Part shown: one piece after another, positions 22,110-34,100 of the stretch
How the letters are laid out: each line of letters opens with the position of its first letter
Numbering within the stretch: position 1 is the stretch's first letter
Origin: Callorhinchus milii
Taxonomy: Eukaryota
DNA length: 64,000 nucleotides
Assembly: GCF_018977255.1 (NCBI RefSeq)
Contig: NW_024704746.1
Location: 66,712,001 to 66,776,000, forward strand
Direction: 5' to 3'
Translations under genes and position numbers: made by a program
Notes under the pieces: generated by a model
What the model was told of the DNA's origin: nothing
The model's database searches: none
Seen by the model: only the letters and a program-made list of their open reading frames with translations

Positions 22110-25100
22110 CTGCAGAATCAATACAGAAAGTCAGCAGGTGGAGAAGACACATTTTAAAAATCACATCAAACTGAGACACACTCAGGAATGGAGAATCTGA
22201 ATTAGTTTTTCATTTGGACTATAACGTTTAAGCCGCAAGTATTATTTGAAAACAGTAAATGTATGTGAAATTTCTAAAAACAAATGAGCCACTAGTACTT
22301 TTAATGAAAAACATTGCTCCATTCATTTGGCTATCAGTGTTAGAAAGTTGTAACTCAACAGTTGTACTGGCTCAGAGTTCAAATCCAACTAAAGTTGCAA
22401 TGGACAATGTATTTTCAACTCCTTCCTTCAATGACATGAATCAAATGGGTTTTGAGCCTCAAGAGAACTTGTGAGGTTAACTGCAGTGTAGCAGAGTAAA
22501 CAGGAACAGCAACAGGCCATTCAGCCACTTGAACCTGTTCCGCCATTCTATTAGATCATGGCTGATCTGGACCTCAACTCCATTTACTCGCCTTTGCTCC
22601 ATATCCCTTGAAGCCCTTCCCTAACAAAAATATATCCACCTCAGTCTTGAAAAATGGATATTATAAAGAGATATTAAGCAAAGCTCTCGTATGGTGATGG
22701 CTCAGCCTCCAGAAGCTCACTTGACTACCCTTCGGAGTCGAGAGAGGAATTTTCCAGGCAAAATCTCTTCGCCCTACATCCGAATTGACCTTTGGGTTTC
22801 TTGGGGGGGGGGGGGTGGGGCAGTTGCATCCCCCAGGAACTAGAAAAGATGCATATGTGTGAGGAAGGTGGAGTGAGGGGTATCTCCTAGGACTTGATGG
22901 CCTTCCAAGTCTTTTTCGTTCCTTCACATCTAAAATCTAAAATGGTAATGCATTGGATGTGGTTGCTACTTGTTGACTGCAGCGTACATTCAGTACGTAG
23001 AAAACGTCACATTTTGTCTTTGTATCTGTGCTACCATACAAGCATCAGGGCGAAGCGTTACCTCTTTATTGGGACCAACAAATGACGCAGCAAGCTCATT
23101 CCCTTGTTATGGTGCAGGAGAAAGAATGGAAACGATCATTTATGAAGCTGGACATGCAAAATCAGTCATGCCACCAAATGGCCAAAGTAAATCCACACAG
23201 TGAGAAAGCCTCAAGCAAAACAACAACAACAAAAAGCACAAGCGCAAAGCTAGACGTGCAATTCAGCCACAAGAGAATAGTTTAAACCCGTAAATGTTAT
23301 GTTTCTGGAAGGGGCATTTCTCAAATAGGACATCTAGCCGTCAGCAGGGAAAAAGTTTAGACCTGATTTAAAGCAACAAGTCAAAAAAGCACAACAGAAA
23401 ATCAAAATCCTGAAATTCCTCATCGTTTTGAGCTGAGTTTTAATTTGGAAGACAAATTTGGAATGCAAATTTAAGATTTCTTAAATTCCAAACAATCATA
23501 CATTTTAAAATAACGAATTAAAGTGAAGACAGACGTGAGAGATTTCAGGCCTTGGATGTAGTCACACAAATGCTGCGGAATGCAATCAGCGGATGCACTT
23601 TTTACAAGCTAGGTTAAACAATATGGGTTCCACTACTCGCTAGCTCCATGAAGTCTTAAGAGAAAAATTACACTGAATAAGAGGTAATACATTTTCGATC
23701 CAGATCGTTTTCAATGACATTACAAAAAGGGGACATGGGAGTGAACATAAGGTAAAAATAATCTCAAAGTTCACATGGTCTGTCTGTGCGGTGTCCTCTT
23801 CCTTCCCTGCACCATTATCATCACGCTCCAAAGCAAAGCATATTGAAATTCTATATAATAATATTTGCATTGATATTGTGCCTCATCATGTCGTCGAGAC
23901 GTCTCAAAGCATTTCACAGACTATATCTCAAAGTAAATTGACTGTATTTTGTGGGCGAAATATTACATAATATATACAACTAATATTAAATTAGAGCAAT
24001 TTAATACAGTCAATGCACCTTGAACCACGTTTCTAAAGTACCCATCCACCCTGGACCATATCAATAGAGCTTTGAAGTTTTCAAATTGACAAAGATCATA
24101 GTTCAGTACTTTGCCCAGAATACAGGCTCAACGCTGAGAACACTCACCTGCTGGATCATCTCGTCAAAGTCACAGAAATTTCCTTACATTACAGTAATAC
24201 CTTGCATTTGCACAGCACCCTTCATACAGGGGTAGTGTCTCGGAGCACTTAACAATAGCATGGATGCTTGAGCTGGAGTGGGAGTGTTGGCGTTAAGCTG
24301 AACAATACAAAAGTACTATATTGACTAGATGGATTGCCTCCTTCAGCCATCACCTGAACAATTCGAACAAAAGTAATGAAGAGGGCTATGGTTTTCTTGA
24401 GATTTTTAAGATTACTTTTCAATTCCAAGTTACAATAGGGCAATGGCCAAAAACCTTTATCTCATGTTCCTGAAGGTTGTAACTCGAAATTTGCAAACCG
24501 TACAAGTTGTTGAGTGCGACTATTTTAAATAATGTCAAAGGTATAACAGCAAAAGTATGAGTAAAATTACGGTTTACCTTCGAAAAAAAATTAAATAAAC
24601 TCCCAATGGTTTCTCAGTCTTCCCCCCCACCCCCCACTCAAACTTGTTGACTTATGCCAATTTTTTATGAGCTCCAGGCTAGTTTAGCTGTTACTTCTTC
24701 CAAGAATCTTTCACAGCTGTACAGACATCACAATCCACTAGCGGTACTTACAGAGCAGCAGCACCAGAGATGATCTCAATAAGCTCCTTAGTAATGACGG
24801 CTTGCCGGGTGCGGTTGAATGACAACGTCAGCTTGTCAATAATTTCAGCTACGGAAAAACAACAAGGCCAGTAAGATATGGCATTTCAGTTTTCTCTAAT
24901 GAAGCCTGAAAATCAGGTGTTTGGATTTACACAACAGCATAGTTAAAAGTCTATATTAGGCACTTGTGCAGAGGAGGGGGAAAAAAAGGCGTTCAAAACA
25001 GAATAGAATCTACAGCAACAATACAGCCTGCTTCCTCTTCGACAGCACTTTCAGTCACCCTCCCTGCCCTCCAACCCTCTTTCCCCACAGCCCTGCAATG

Positions 25101-28100
25101 GTTTCCTTTTCAAGTACCTATCCAATTCCCTTTTGAAAGTTATTATCGACTCTGCTTCCACCGCCCTTTCAGCCAGTGCATTCCAGACCGTAACTAATTC
25201 TTTTGTCTTCTTAAATTTTAAGACAAAATGCTCCAGAGGCTAAGACTGGGTGGAGTTGTGAGGCTCAGGGACAAGAAGCCTACCGGCTTTCCTTTTCAAG
25301 TGCACATCAGTGTTCCTAAGAAAATGCATCTCAAAATTGAACCAAAAGAATTCTTACAAGCATTTTTGCTGGCGCTGTCCATAGCTGTCATCCTAGCACT
25401 CTGCTCACTGGTAGTTGACTCTTTTAAGGTGTAGTATATGGTGTTCACCAATGCAAACTCTTGGTAGTTCCTTAAAACATCAGCATCAATGTCATCATAA
25501 ATCCCAATGTTTTCTAGGGAGGAGAAATAAATCACAAGTTATTAACAACTGGAGCATCAAAAACAGTAGAGTCGCACAGAACCCTCCTCTTCAACGGTGT
25601 CTTCGGCCAACCACCTAGCCCTACCCTCCCTGCCTCCACCCCTCCTGATCCAACCCCCAGCTTGGATCTAAATCCCTGACTGTCCAGCGTCTTGGGATGT
25701 ACTCCTAATGTGAAAGGTGCTGTGTAAATGTAATTTGTTATTGTTGCTGCAAGAGGTGACTGCAGTAGTCCTCGGTATTTGAAGAATGATCCTCTACACC
25801 TTATCTGACTTATCTGCTGGACTGACTGCCTTGCTCAGCCCGCTGACAGGAACGCAGCAACTTACCAGAATTTGCAACAGTCTCAAAGGAGAAGATTGGT
25901 TTCTCCTCAGTCTTGTAGGAGATCACAGATCTAAAGACAGAAACAGGATTGGCTTCAGCCGACTTTTAACGATAGGAACTAAAACGTTGCAGGGACTGCA
26001 CTTCAAGTCTAATCTATCACTGTTCGGCACGTTTGTTGTACACCTACTTGAAAGCACCACAAAAAGGTGAGGATGAAATGCAAACAAAGCCCTTAGAGGG
26101 GGCAGCGCACCGCAAAATGCTTACCCAAATTTGTTAAACAGGATAGAAGCTTTATCAAACTCAAAGCCAGCGCTTAGAAGTTCGTTGGCAATGATTGAAG
26201 CATCCCCAAAGGTTGGTGGTTTGCGTCCAATTTCCTTGAACAGTACCAGGAAGCGAGCCTCAAAGTTCCTGCAAAGCCAAAGCAAAATAGTCAAGCTATC
26301 CCCTTGCCTCTACGTGCCTGGTTCCGGCCTCTTGCTTGTCCCTCGTGCCCTCCATTCCACCATCAGTGGCCATGCTTTCAGCCACTACGCCATGAAACTC
26401 TGCAGCACTCTCCCTCTGTCCCTCCACTTTGCCCCCTCCTTCCCCATATTCAGGTTATGCACGAAGACCCTTCTCTTCGACTATGCCTAAGTTTCCCCCA
26501 CCCCACAAGGTCGGGGTCGTGCTCCGCCACTGTCAAAAGCTCTGGGACATTACCCAGCGTGAAGGCTGCTATATAAATGCAGGTTGTTGTTATTAATTTG
26601 TAGTTAAGTTTTGCCCAAATCTAAGGGTTCATTAATAAACGTTAGTGTAACAAAAACTAAATTAGAGCTCCAGCTTCCAAAGTACCTATCAAATCAAGAA
26701 AAAAAATCTTCATTGTCATGGCGGCTTACAATATCAGACGTTTACCTGTTTTACAATCTAAACGAAAGATTCCACCATCAGAAAGGCAAATGATTCAGAA
26801 ACACATGAGATTTAACCTGCCCATCTGGATGGGTGTAACTGATGAGCATAATCCGCTGTGCATTTCCAGCATTTCTTGCTTTTATTAAAGGAGAAGTATT
26901 TTGTTTTTTAAATTGCATCTCCGCCTCAGAAACTCGTCTTGCAATCGAGAGCAGCTGGGTTTGGTTCCCGATCAGGACGAAACCTTAGGCAAGTTTCCTT
27001 ACTCCACGCACTTCTGTTTATCCAGCAGTAAGTAGGAACCTGGTTGTTAGTCAATTGGTGGATCACTTTCTGGGGGTAATAATCCCTTCAAAATAAATTA
27101 AATAATAATTTGGTCACTCAATCCATGACTGTTTGTGGGACGCTGCTGTGCGCAATTGGCTGCCAGATTCGGCCCACAAAATACACTGTCAATTCACTTT
27201 ACAGTAACGCGTTATATCAAATGCAAGGAATATTATTATTATTGAGTGGGGGCACAACTCTAAACTGGACATGACAGCCCAACCTTGCGCCCTCTCCAAA
27301 ATATCTCATGTGCTCTGCTTCCAAATTTTGAAAGTGTGAACAACAATACTTTAAAAAGACCCTCCAATATGTCTGCAGACTCACAGTGGATACATACCTG
27401 TACAGCAGACTTCTCAACTTATCACCAACAGTAACAATCTTGACATCCTTGCCGGCATCTATCAACTGTTTGAGCTCACTCCTCATTCTTCTGGCAATAG
27501 AACCGTGGATACCCCCACAAAGACCACGGTCAGAGGATACACCGATGATCAAGTGCTTGGGCTTGTCTTCAGGGGACTGAATTTCTGCTTTTTCATACAT
27601 AGCTTAAAGAAAGTGGGAATAAAAGCAAAATGTAATGATTCGGAACGTGTGCATTAGCAGCAAAGATACTTTTCTAATGACTTATCCAGCAATAATACAC
27701 TGGGAAAATGACTTTCAACCTCCAGGGGAAAGAGGGTGCCAGGTAGAGGGATTTGGGGGGGGAAGAGAGTAAGGCTTTGGGCGTAGTGGCTGAAAGCGCA
27801 GCCGCTAATGGTGCAGTGGAGGAGACGAGGAACAAGGAAGGAAGCCAGAGCCAGCCGAGCGGAGGCAGCGTGTAGCGCAGTGTGGAGAAAGCAGGTCAGA
27901 AAGGTTGGGAGGTGCCAGGGCATAAAGGGAGTTGTGGACGAGTGAGAGGATACTGAAATTGATCCATTCTGTGATGATTACCATACCTAGAGCTCCGGTT
28001 CCATAAACTCTTGCTGGTTTCAGGTCTCTCTCAGCCCTTGCATACTTGGCAGCGGCCACCATTTTCATGGATTGGGTGATCTTGTGAATGTTTTTGATGG

Positions 28101-30448
28101 ACTTCAAACGCCTGGTAACTTAAGATAGACAAAAATTCATTAAACCACTGTCTTTTACTGGAGAACCCTTTTTCTCTTTTCGAATGTGCTGCGGGATCTT
28201 TGATGTCCACCTGAGCAGGCAGACAGGCCGTCTCATCTGAAGGGCACCACCTGAGACAATGCAGTGCTGTAGGAACACTGCATCAGAGTGTCAGCTTAAT
28301 ATCTTCAAAATACAATTTGGTTCAAAATCCTGTGTGGGGCTTCAGCCCACAACCTTCTTACTCAGAGGCAAGAGTGCTACAGTGTGGACTTACAACAACA
28401 ACAACAACAAGATTCCATTTATAAAGCGCCTTTCACGTCAGGAGGACGTCCCAAGGCGCTGAAACTTAGCCACTGGACAACCTCTAATGTGAAGTGCATC
28501 ATAATATTTGAACCTCATAATAAGGCTGCTTCAAGGATATCATTAAATATTTTGCACTTTGTGGGTACAGCTAGGTGAGCAAGAAAGATAATAACAATAA
28601 TTGCATTTGATATAGCACCTTATCATATAGCTAGACATCACCAAGTGTTTTGGTACATGATTTTAGTGTAGTTAGTATGTGCATTTTGTAGGTGAAAGCG
28701 GCAGCCAATTTGCACACAGCCAAGTCCCCAAAACAGCCATGCATCAATGACCAATTTTATCTGGAGGATTGTTGGTCACTGCACCAGACGATACCAGACT
28801 TTACAACTAACTTCTGAGAAAAAAGGTATAGGATGTTGAGCTTACAAGGAAGAACACTGCCAAGGGTGAAAAGAATGAATGGAGAAGCTGAGATAATTAT
28901 AATATAATAATAATACAACCTAAATTAAAACTAATTTGCCAATTAACTTGGAAAGACAAGATGACAAATCCTGTATGCACCCTATTCAAAAAGATTAACA
29001 GGAGTAAAGACTTCAATTTATAACACAAGGGGCCTGTAGTGAAAATCAGGATACTTACTGTCTTTCAGAGTTGCCATGTTTCGGACTTGGACCCTGTAAT
29101 AGAATTAAAACTGAATGAATCTCAGCAAAGTACCGAGTGTGGATTGGGAGTAGGAAGATGAGAGAAAAAGAGGCGAAATAATGCATCAAAAGAATCATTT
29201 CGACTATTACATGAAGAATTACACCACAGAATCAGTAATACGAATCCTTGGGTTTGATATGGCGCCTTTCCGGGTCATTGAGACATCTCAAAGTGCTTCA
29301 CAGAACATACTGTAGAGTACCACCGTTCACGATCCCCGACTGTTTGTGGGACGCTGCTGTGCGCAATTGGCTGCCCCGTTTCCCACGCGAGACACACGGT
29401 CACTTTACCGTATATCCTGTATATATCCTGTGGAGTCCTGTAGCTCAGTGGTTAGAGCACTCGCTTTGGAAGCGAGAGACCTGAGTTCAATTCCAGGCAG
29501 AGGGCGAAACCTCGGGCAAGTTTCCTTACTCCACACAGAGCCTAATAATAATCCCTCCAAAACCAAAACAATAATAAATTGGTCATTTTCAACCCGCGAC
29601 TGTTTGTGGGACATTGCTGTGCGCAATTGGCTGCCGCGTTCGCCCACAAATATACAGTCAATTCACTTTACAGTGTGTTCTGTGAAGCGCTTTGGGACGT
29701 CCTCCCGACGTGAAAAGCGCTATATCAAATGCAAGGATTATTATTATTATTATTATTATCCTACGAAGCGCGCTCCGAGACGTCTCAAAAGCCCCGATAA
29801 GGCGCTGGATCAAATGCAAAGCATTCCGGTCACCGTCGTCGGGAAGGAGACCAAAGTTTGGCCGACGGTCACCGCGGGCTCTCTCGTTGGGTGTCGTAAT
29901 GACCGGAGCGAGAAACGAGTAACGCCGGCGGGTCCCGTTCGCGCTCGACGCCGCCCGCGCCCCTACGGCGCCTTCGGGACGCCTCGCAGGAGACGACCGT
30001 GGAAGCGCAGCGACTGGGTGCTCCGTGGGCACAACGAGCATTATATGTGTGTGTGTGTGTGTAAATATATATCTATACACACACACAAATTATTATTACA
30101 CACACACATATATATCCACACAGTCACTCCCCTTGACGGCGTATCCCGTGAAGCGCTTTGAGGCGTCTCGAAGACGTGATCAGGCGCTGTGTCAAACGCC
30201 AGGAATATTATTATTATTATTATTATTATTATTATGATTCATGTCCCCCCCCTCAGGGCCTGAGGAGCGGCTGCAGCCTGACTGACAGGCCCCGGGGTCA
30301 CCTCCGCTCGGGCTCCGGCGCCTCAGTCACGCCTTAAACCCCCTTCCCTTCAAGCGGAAAGAAGGGCCTCTTTCCCCCCCACCCACCCGCCGACTCTCCC
30401 CCGTTACCATTGGGGCTGGAAGATCAGGACGCTCGTTCTCGCCAACAT
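22106..30448 (-). CDS. ATP5F1C: Mitochondrial ATP synthase F1 subunit gamma, complete gene (292 aa when exon 9 is skipped, 293 aa when it is included)
   Basis: Exons 30448-30408, 29093-29059, 28118-27987, 27602-27398, 26268-26125, 25930-25866, 25513-25358, 24848-24752, [alt 23102-23062], 22109-22106. Translation [51 protein letters not shown]...[11 protein letters not shown]...[17 protein letters not shown]...[23 protein letters not shown]. All introns are GT-AG and in phase. Confidence 0.98.
22503..22652 (-). mobile_element. CR1-type 3-prime tail fragment
   Basis: GGCCATTCAGCCACTTGAACCTGTTCCGCCATTC..AGATCATGGCTGATCT, similar to 8580-8640. Confidence 0.75.
23062..23102 (-). CDS. ATP5F1C: ATP5F1C alternative cassette exon 9 (adds Glu plus stop; liver-type isoform)
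   Basis: ttctttctcctgcaccataacaag|G GAA TGA ... AAAGAG|gtaac, 41 nt. It completes the CT|G Leu codon and has TGCATG/GCATG upstream. Confidence 0.8.
24752..24848 (-). CDS. ATP5F1C: ATP5F1C exon 8
   Basis: [32 protein letters not shown](CT|gtaag), 97 nt. Confidence 0.96.
25358..25513 (-). CDS. ATP5F1C: ATP5F1C exon 7
   Basis: [19 protein letters not shown]...[21 protein letters not shown], 156 nt. Confidence 0.96.
25866..25930 (-). CDS. ATP5F1C: ATP5F1C exon 6
   Basis: [21 protein letters not shown], 65 nt. Confidence 0.95.
26125..26268 (-). CDS. ATP5F1C: ATP5F1C exon 5
   Basis: [47 protein letters not shown], 144 nt. Confidence 0.95.
26930..27243 (+). mobile_element. SINE in ATP5F1C intron 4
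   Basis: Family body, Deu core and tail. Confidence 0.85.
27398..27602 (-). CDS. ATP5F1C: ATP5F1C exon 4
   Basis: MYEKAEIQ...[14 protein letters not shown]...[11 protein letters not shown], 205 nt. Confidence 0.96.
27987..28118 (-). CDS. ATP5F1C: ATP5F1C exon 3
   Basis: [44 protein letters not shown], 132 nt. Confidence 0.96.
29059..29093 (-). CDS. ATP5F1C: ATP5F1C exon 2
   Basis: [11 protein letters not shown], 35 nt, acag| ... |gtaag. Confidence 0.95.
29432..29758 (+). mobile_element. SINE, young subfamily, nested in an older SINE (29330-29430 / 29760-29820)
   Basis: Intact tRNA-like head GGAGTCCTGTAGCTCAGTGGTTAGAGCAC..GAGTTCAATTCC; TATCCT on both sides. Confidence 0.9.
30408..30448 (-). 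CDS. ATP5F1C: ATP5F1C exon 1 (transit peptide)
   Basis: [14 protein letters not shown], donor TG|gtaac. Confidence 0.9.
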
Positions 30449-30974
30449 GGTGACACCTCCCGCCGCCGCCGCCGCCGCTGCTGCTGAAGGTCAGACCGCC
30501 GCCACTGCGCCTGCGCCGAAACCTTCCCGCCACGTGACCGGCGCGCGCGCGCCAGCCGGAGCGAGCGTGACGGCCGCCGGGAAACGTGGTTCATCGGACC
30601 CCCACCCCGCGCGCCTTGATCCGCGCGGCGTCAGTCAGACTACAACTCCCGCCATGCCCCTCGCGCGCGGTGACGCGTCACCGCCCGCCCGCCCCCTCCA
30701 CCCCCACCAACCGCCCCCGACCAGCGCGACGACGACGATGACGACGACGACGACGACGACGCTACGCCGCGGGCGCAGAGCTCTCTGGGGAGTGTAGTTT
30801 TCTTGCCGAAGCGCCGCCCGTTTCGCGACCAGGGCCGGGCGCCGAACTACAACCCCCACCGTGCCGTTCGGGTGGCGGACGCGTCAGCGGCTGTGACGTT
30901 GTGGTGGGAGGGGGAGGCCGGCGCTCGCGCACTTGCCGTTGCCGTGGGCCGGGAGGCGGTTGGGGGCCGAAGCT
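30449..30974. promoter_or_regulatory. CpG-island bidirectional promoter of ATP5F1C and KIN
   Basis: Head-to-head ATGs ~530 bp apart and very CpG-rich. ZNF143/THAP11-type ACTACAnnTCCC-like motifs at 30639(+), 30798(-), 30846(+); NRF1-like CTGCGCCTGCGC ~30505; E-box CCACGTGAC ~30530; palindrome GGTGACGCGTCACC ~30669. Confidence 0.88.
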
Positions 30975-31088
30975 ATGGGCAAAGCCGAGTTCCTCACCCC
31001 CAAGGCCATCGCCAACCGCATCAAGTCCAAGGGGCTGCAGAAGCTCAGGTGGTATTGCCAGATGTGCCAGAAGCAATGCCGGGACGAG
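30975..31088 (+). CDS. KIN: KIN exon 1
   Basis: [10 protein letters not shown]...CQKQCRDE|gtgag. Confidence 0.96.
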
Positions 31089-31127
31089 GTGAGAGGCCGA
31101 GCCGGGCCGGGCGGGGGCCTGGGCCTT

Positions 31128-31158
<31 letters not shown>

Positions 31159-34100
31159 GCCTCCAACAACAACAACAACAACATGTCAACGTTGGTGCTG
31201 TGTTTANNNNNNNNNNNNNNNNNNNNNNNNNNNNNNNNNNNNNNNNNNNNNNNNNNNNNNNNNNNNNNNNNNNNNNNNNNNNNNNNNNNNNNNNNNNNNN
31301 NNNNNNNNNNNNNNNNNNNNNNNNNNNNNNNNNNNNNNNNNNNNNNNNNNNNNNNNNNNNNNNNNNNNNNNNNNNNNNNNNNNNNNNNNNNNNNNNNNNN
31401 NNNNNNNNNNNNCACACACACACACCCCCCCTCACACACACCCACACACACACACCCCGCCCCCCACATACACACACCCCACACACACACACCCACACAC
31501 ACCCCGCTCATACACACAAACACATACCCCCACACACACACCCCACACACACACACACCCCCACACACACACACACGCGCCCCCCACACACCCCCACACA
31601 CATACACACCCTCACATACACACAAACGGTAAATATATACAGTTACTCCACTTGTTAGTTTCCCCCCCTCCAAAAAATATACACAACCGCAAGGCGTTAT
31701 TGTGCTGTGTTTCTCTTCTCCCCCCCCCCCCCCCCCACACCCACAAAATACACAGTCGCTCCCCTTGATAGCATATCCTTTACTGTACGCTTACGCGTGT
31801 GGGCAATTGGCTGCCAGCGAAACAGTGACACAAGTCACTGAGCCTTGAGGTACGTTCCTGTGAAGCGCTTTGAGACGTCTCGAAGACGTGATAAGGCGCT
31901 GTACCGTATGCGAGGATTATTATTAGTAGTATTATTATTATCGACTGTGTTTTTGGGAAGGTGAGTCACGCGCACTTTCAAGGTGGATGGAGTCCTGTTG
32001 CGTAGTGGTTGGAGCGCTCGCCTCGCAAACGAGAGAATCCGGGTTTGATTCCCAGCCGAGGCAAAACCTTAGGCAACTTTCCTTACTCCACACACCTCTG
32101 TTAGCAATAAGTAGGAACCCGGTTGTTACTCAATTGGCGGATCACTTCTCCGGAGTAATTATTCCGAAAAAGAATACAGGCAATCCACTTTATAGTATAT
32201 CCTGTATACAGTTCACACTTTACAGTGTATTTAGAAGTGTGTTGTGTTTTTAATTCACAAGACTTGATGCATTTGTGTTCATGTTACGTGTTATAGTATG
32301 CAGTATGTGTTCATGTGACTTGTGTTCATGAAGAGTGCTGTTTTGACGTTAGATTTTTTTAATATTCCAGAATGGTTTCAAATGTCACTGCATGTCCGAA
32401 TCCCACCAACGCCAGCTTCTGTTGGCATCCGAGAACCCTCAGCAGTTCATGGACTACTTCTCAGAGTATGTATTATTTTAGGAAATGTGGGTTAATTCTT
32501 GTATCTCATCATTGGAAATGTATTATTCAGTTAATATAAGATGAGTGTAAATTAAAAAAAAGTGTACAAAAGATAAATTATAGATACAATGAAACGCAAG
32601 TAAGTCTGATCTGTATAAATCGTATAATCGCCTAAGTTGTATGTCTGCCCAAGTCCTGTTCAAGAGATTATATTCTATGCAGGTTTGAGGTTATTATTAT
32701 CCTTAACTCATACTTTACATAAATTATATTAAATATTAAATGTGTATGGTACAAATTATGTGAGGTTTACTGCATATTTAAAAGTTTGAATAAAGTGAGC
32801 AAATACTTGAAGTCTAGAAAAACAAGGCAATTTATTGCAAAACAATAATAATAATAATAATCCTTGCATTTGATATAGCGCTTTTCACGTCGGGAGGACG
32901 TCCCAAAGCGCTTCACAGAATATACTGTAAAGTGAATTGACTGTATATTTGTGGGCGATGCGGCAGCCAATTGCGCACAGCAATGTCCCACAAACAGTCG
33001 TAGATTGAAAATGACCAATTTATTATTGTTTTGGGTTTTTTGGAGGGATTATTATTAGGCGTGTGGAGTAAGGAAACTTACCCAAGGTTTCGCCCTGCCT
33101 GGAATTGAACCCAGGTGTCTTGCTTGAAAAGCAAGTGCTCTAACCACTGAGCTACAGGACTCCACAAGAATTATTTGATGCTACTTTACATGTTAAAGCT
33201 AGCACACTTCTTATTAAAAGTCATCCTCGTATTTGATATAGCACCTATGTTTCAAAGCGCTACACAAAGTGTAGGTGACTATTTTGTAGGTGACCATGGC
33301 AGCTAATTTATGCACAGCAATGTCTTACAAACAGTGATGAAGCGTGAATAACCAATTTTATCTTGGGGATAAAATTATTGACCAGGACACTAGGAGAAAC
33401 TGTTTTAGCTAGCTCTTTAGATAAGATAGCATGCTTTGAGTGACTATGAAACTGCACCCCATCAAGAATTAATGCCTTCATAAAGATCCAAAAAAAGGAC
33501 ATTGAGATCCAGAACTGTAGTCTCTTTACAGACATGAATGCACAAGATGTTCAGCAGTAATGCAGTTTCTCTTCTCCCCAGGGAGTTTCGCACTGAATTT
33601 CTTGAGCTTCTTCGAAGACGTTTTGGTGAGTTATTTTCCTTAATATATACCTGAGCTTGTTGCAGAGCTCCTATTTAAGGACAGTAACATTAAAGTGCAA
33701 CCAGTGGTCAATGCCTACTGTTGCATCATGTTCACGATGTTCGTTCCATAACCTTTGCACTCTGTTTATTATGAGTATATTAATACTATGTTGTTAAAGC
33801 ATCTAAACTACGGCATCAGCCCTTTCAGAGAAATTGCTCAATATTGTATCATTGTTAGTTAACAACATGTAGCCTGGTTATTTGCTCCTGCTCTGATCTC
33901 TGCTGAGTGTTTGTTAAAGGCTAGGATTATAGAAAATCCTCTACTGTTTCATCATCTGATTTTCGGTGAATTTTGACCATTTAATCATATTCATTTATTT
34001 TGAGAATAAATCAGTTGATTTTTCTTTCAGGAACCAAGCGAGTACACAACAATGTGATCTACAATGAATATATCAGTCACCGAGAGCATGTTCATATGAA

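Noticed and set aside
26800-26886. CTGATGAG within a remnant of the palindromic repeat as a hammerhead
   Set aside because: No downstream GAAA or stem II/III; too decayed
29432-29503. tRNA-like sequence with A and B boxes (also at 16857-16928, 56077-56148 and others)
   Set aside because: It is the SINE head: always followed by the SINE body, the anticodon loop varies between copies, and there is no proper acceptor stem
29346-30161. 271-aa ORF and the many ORFs containing [12 protein letters not shown] or [14 protein letters not shown]
   Set aside because: SINE-derived translations recurring across the window
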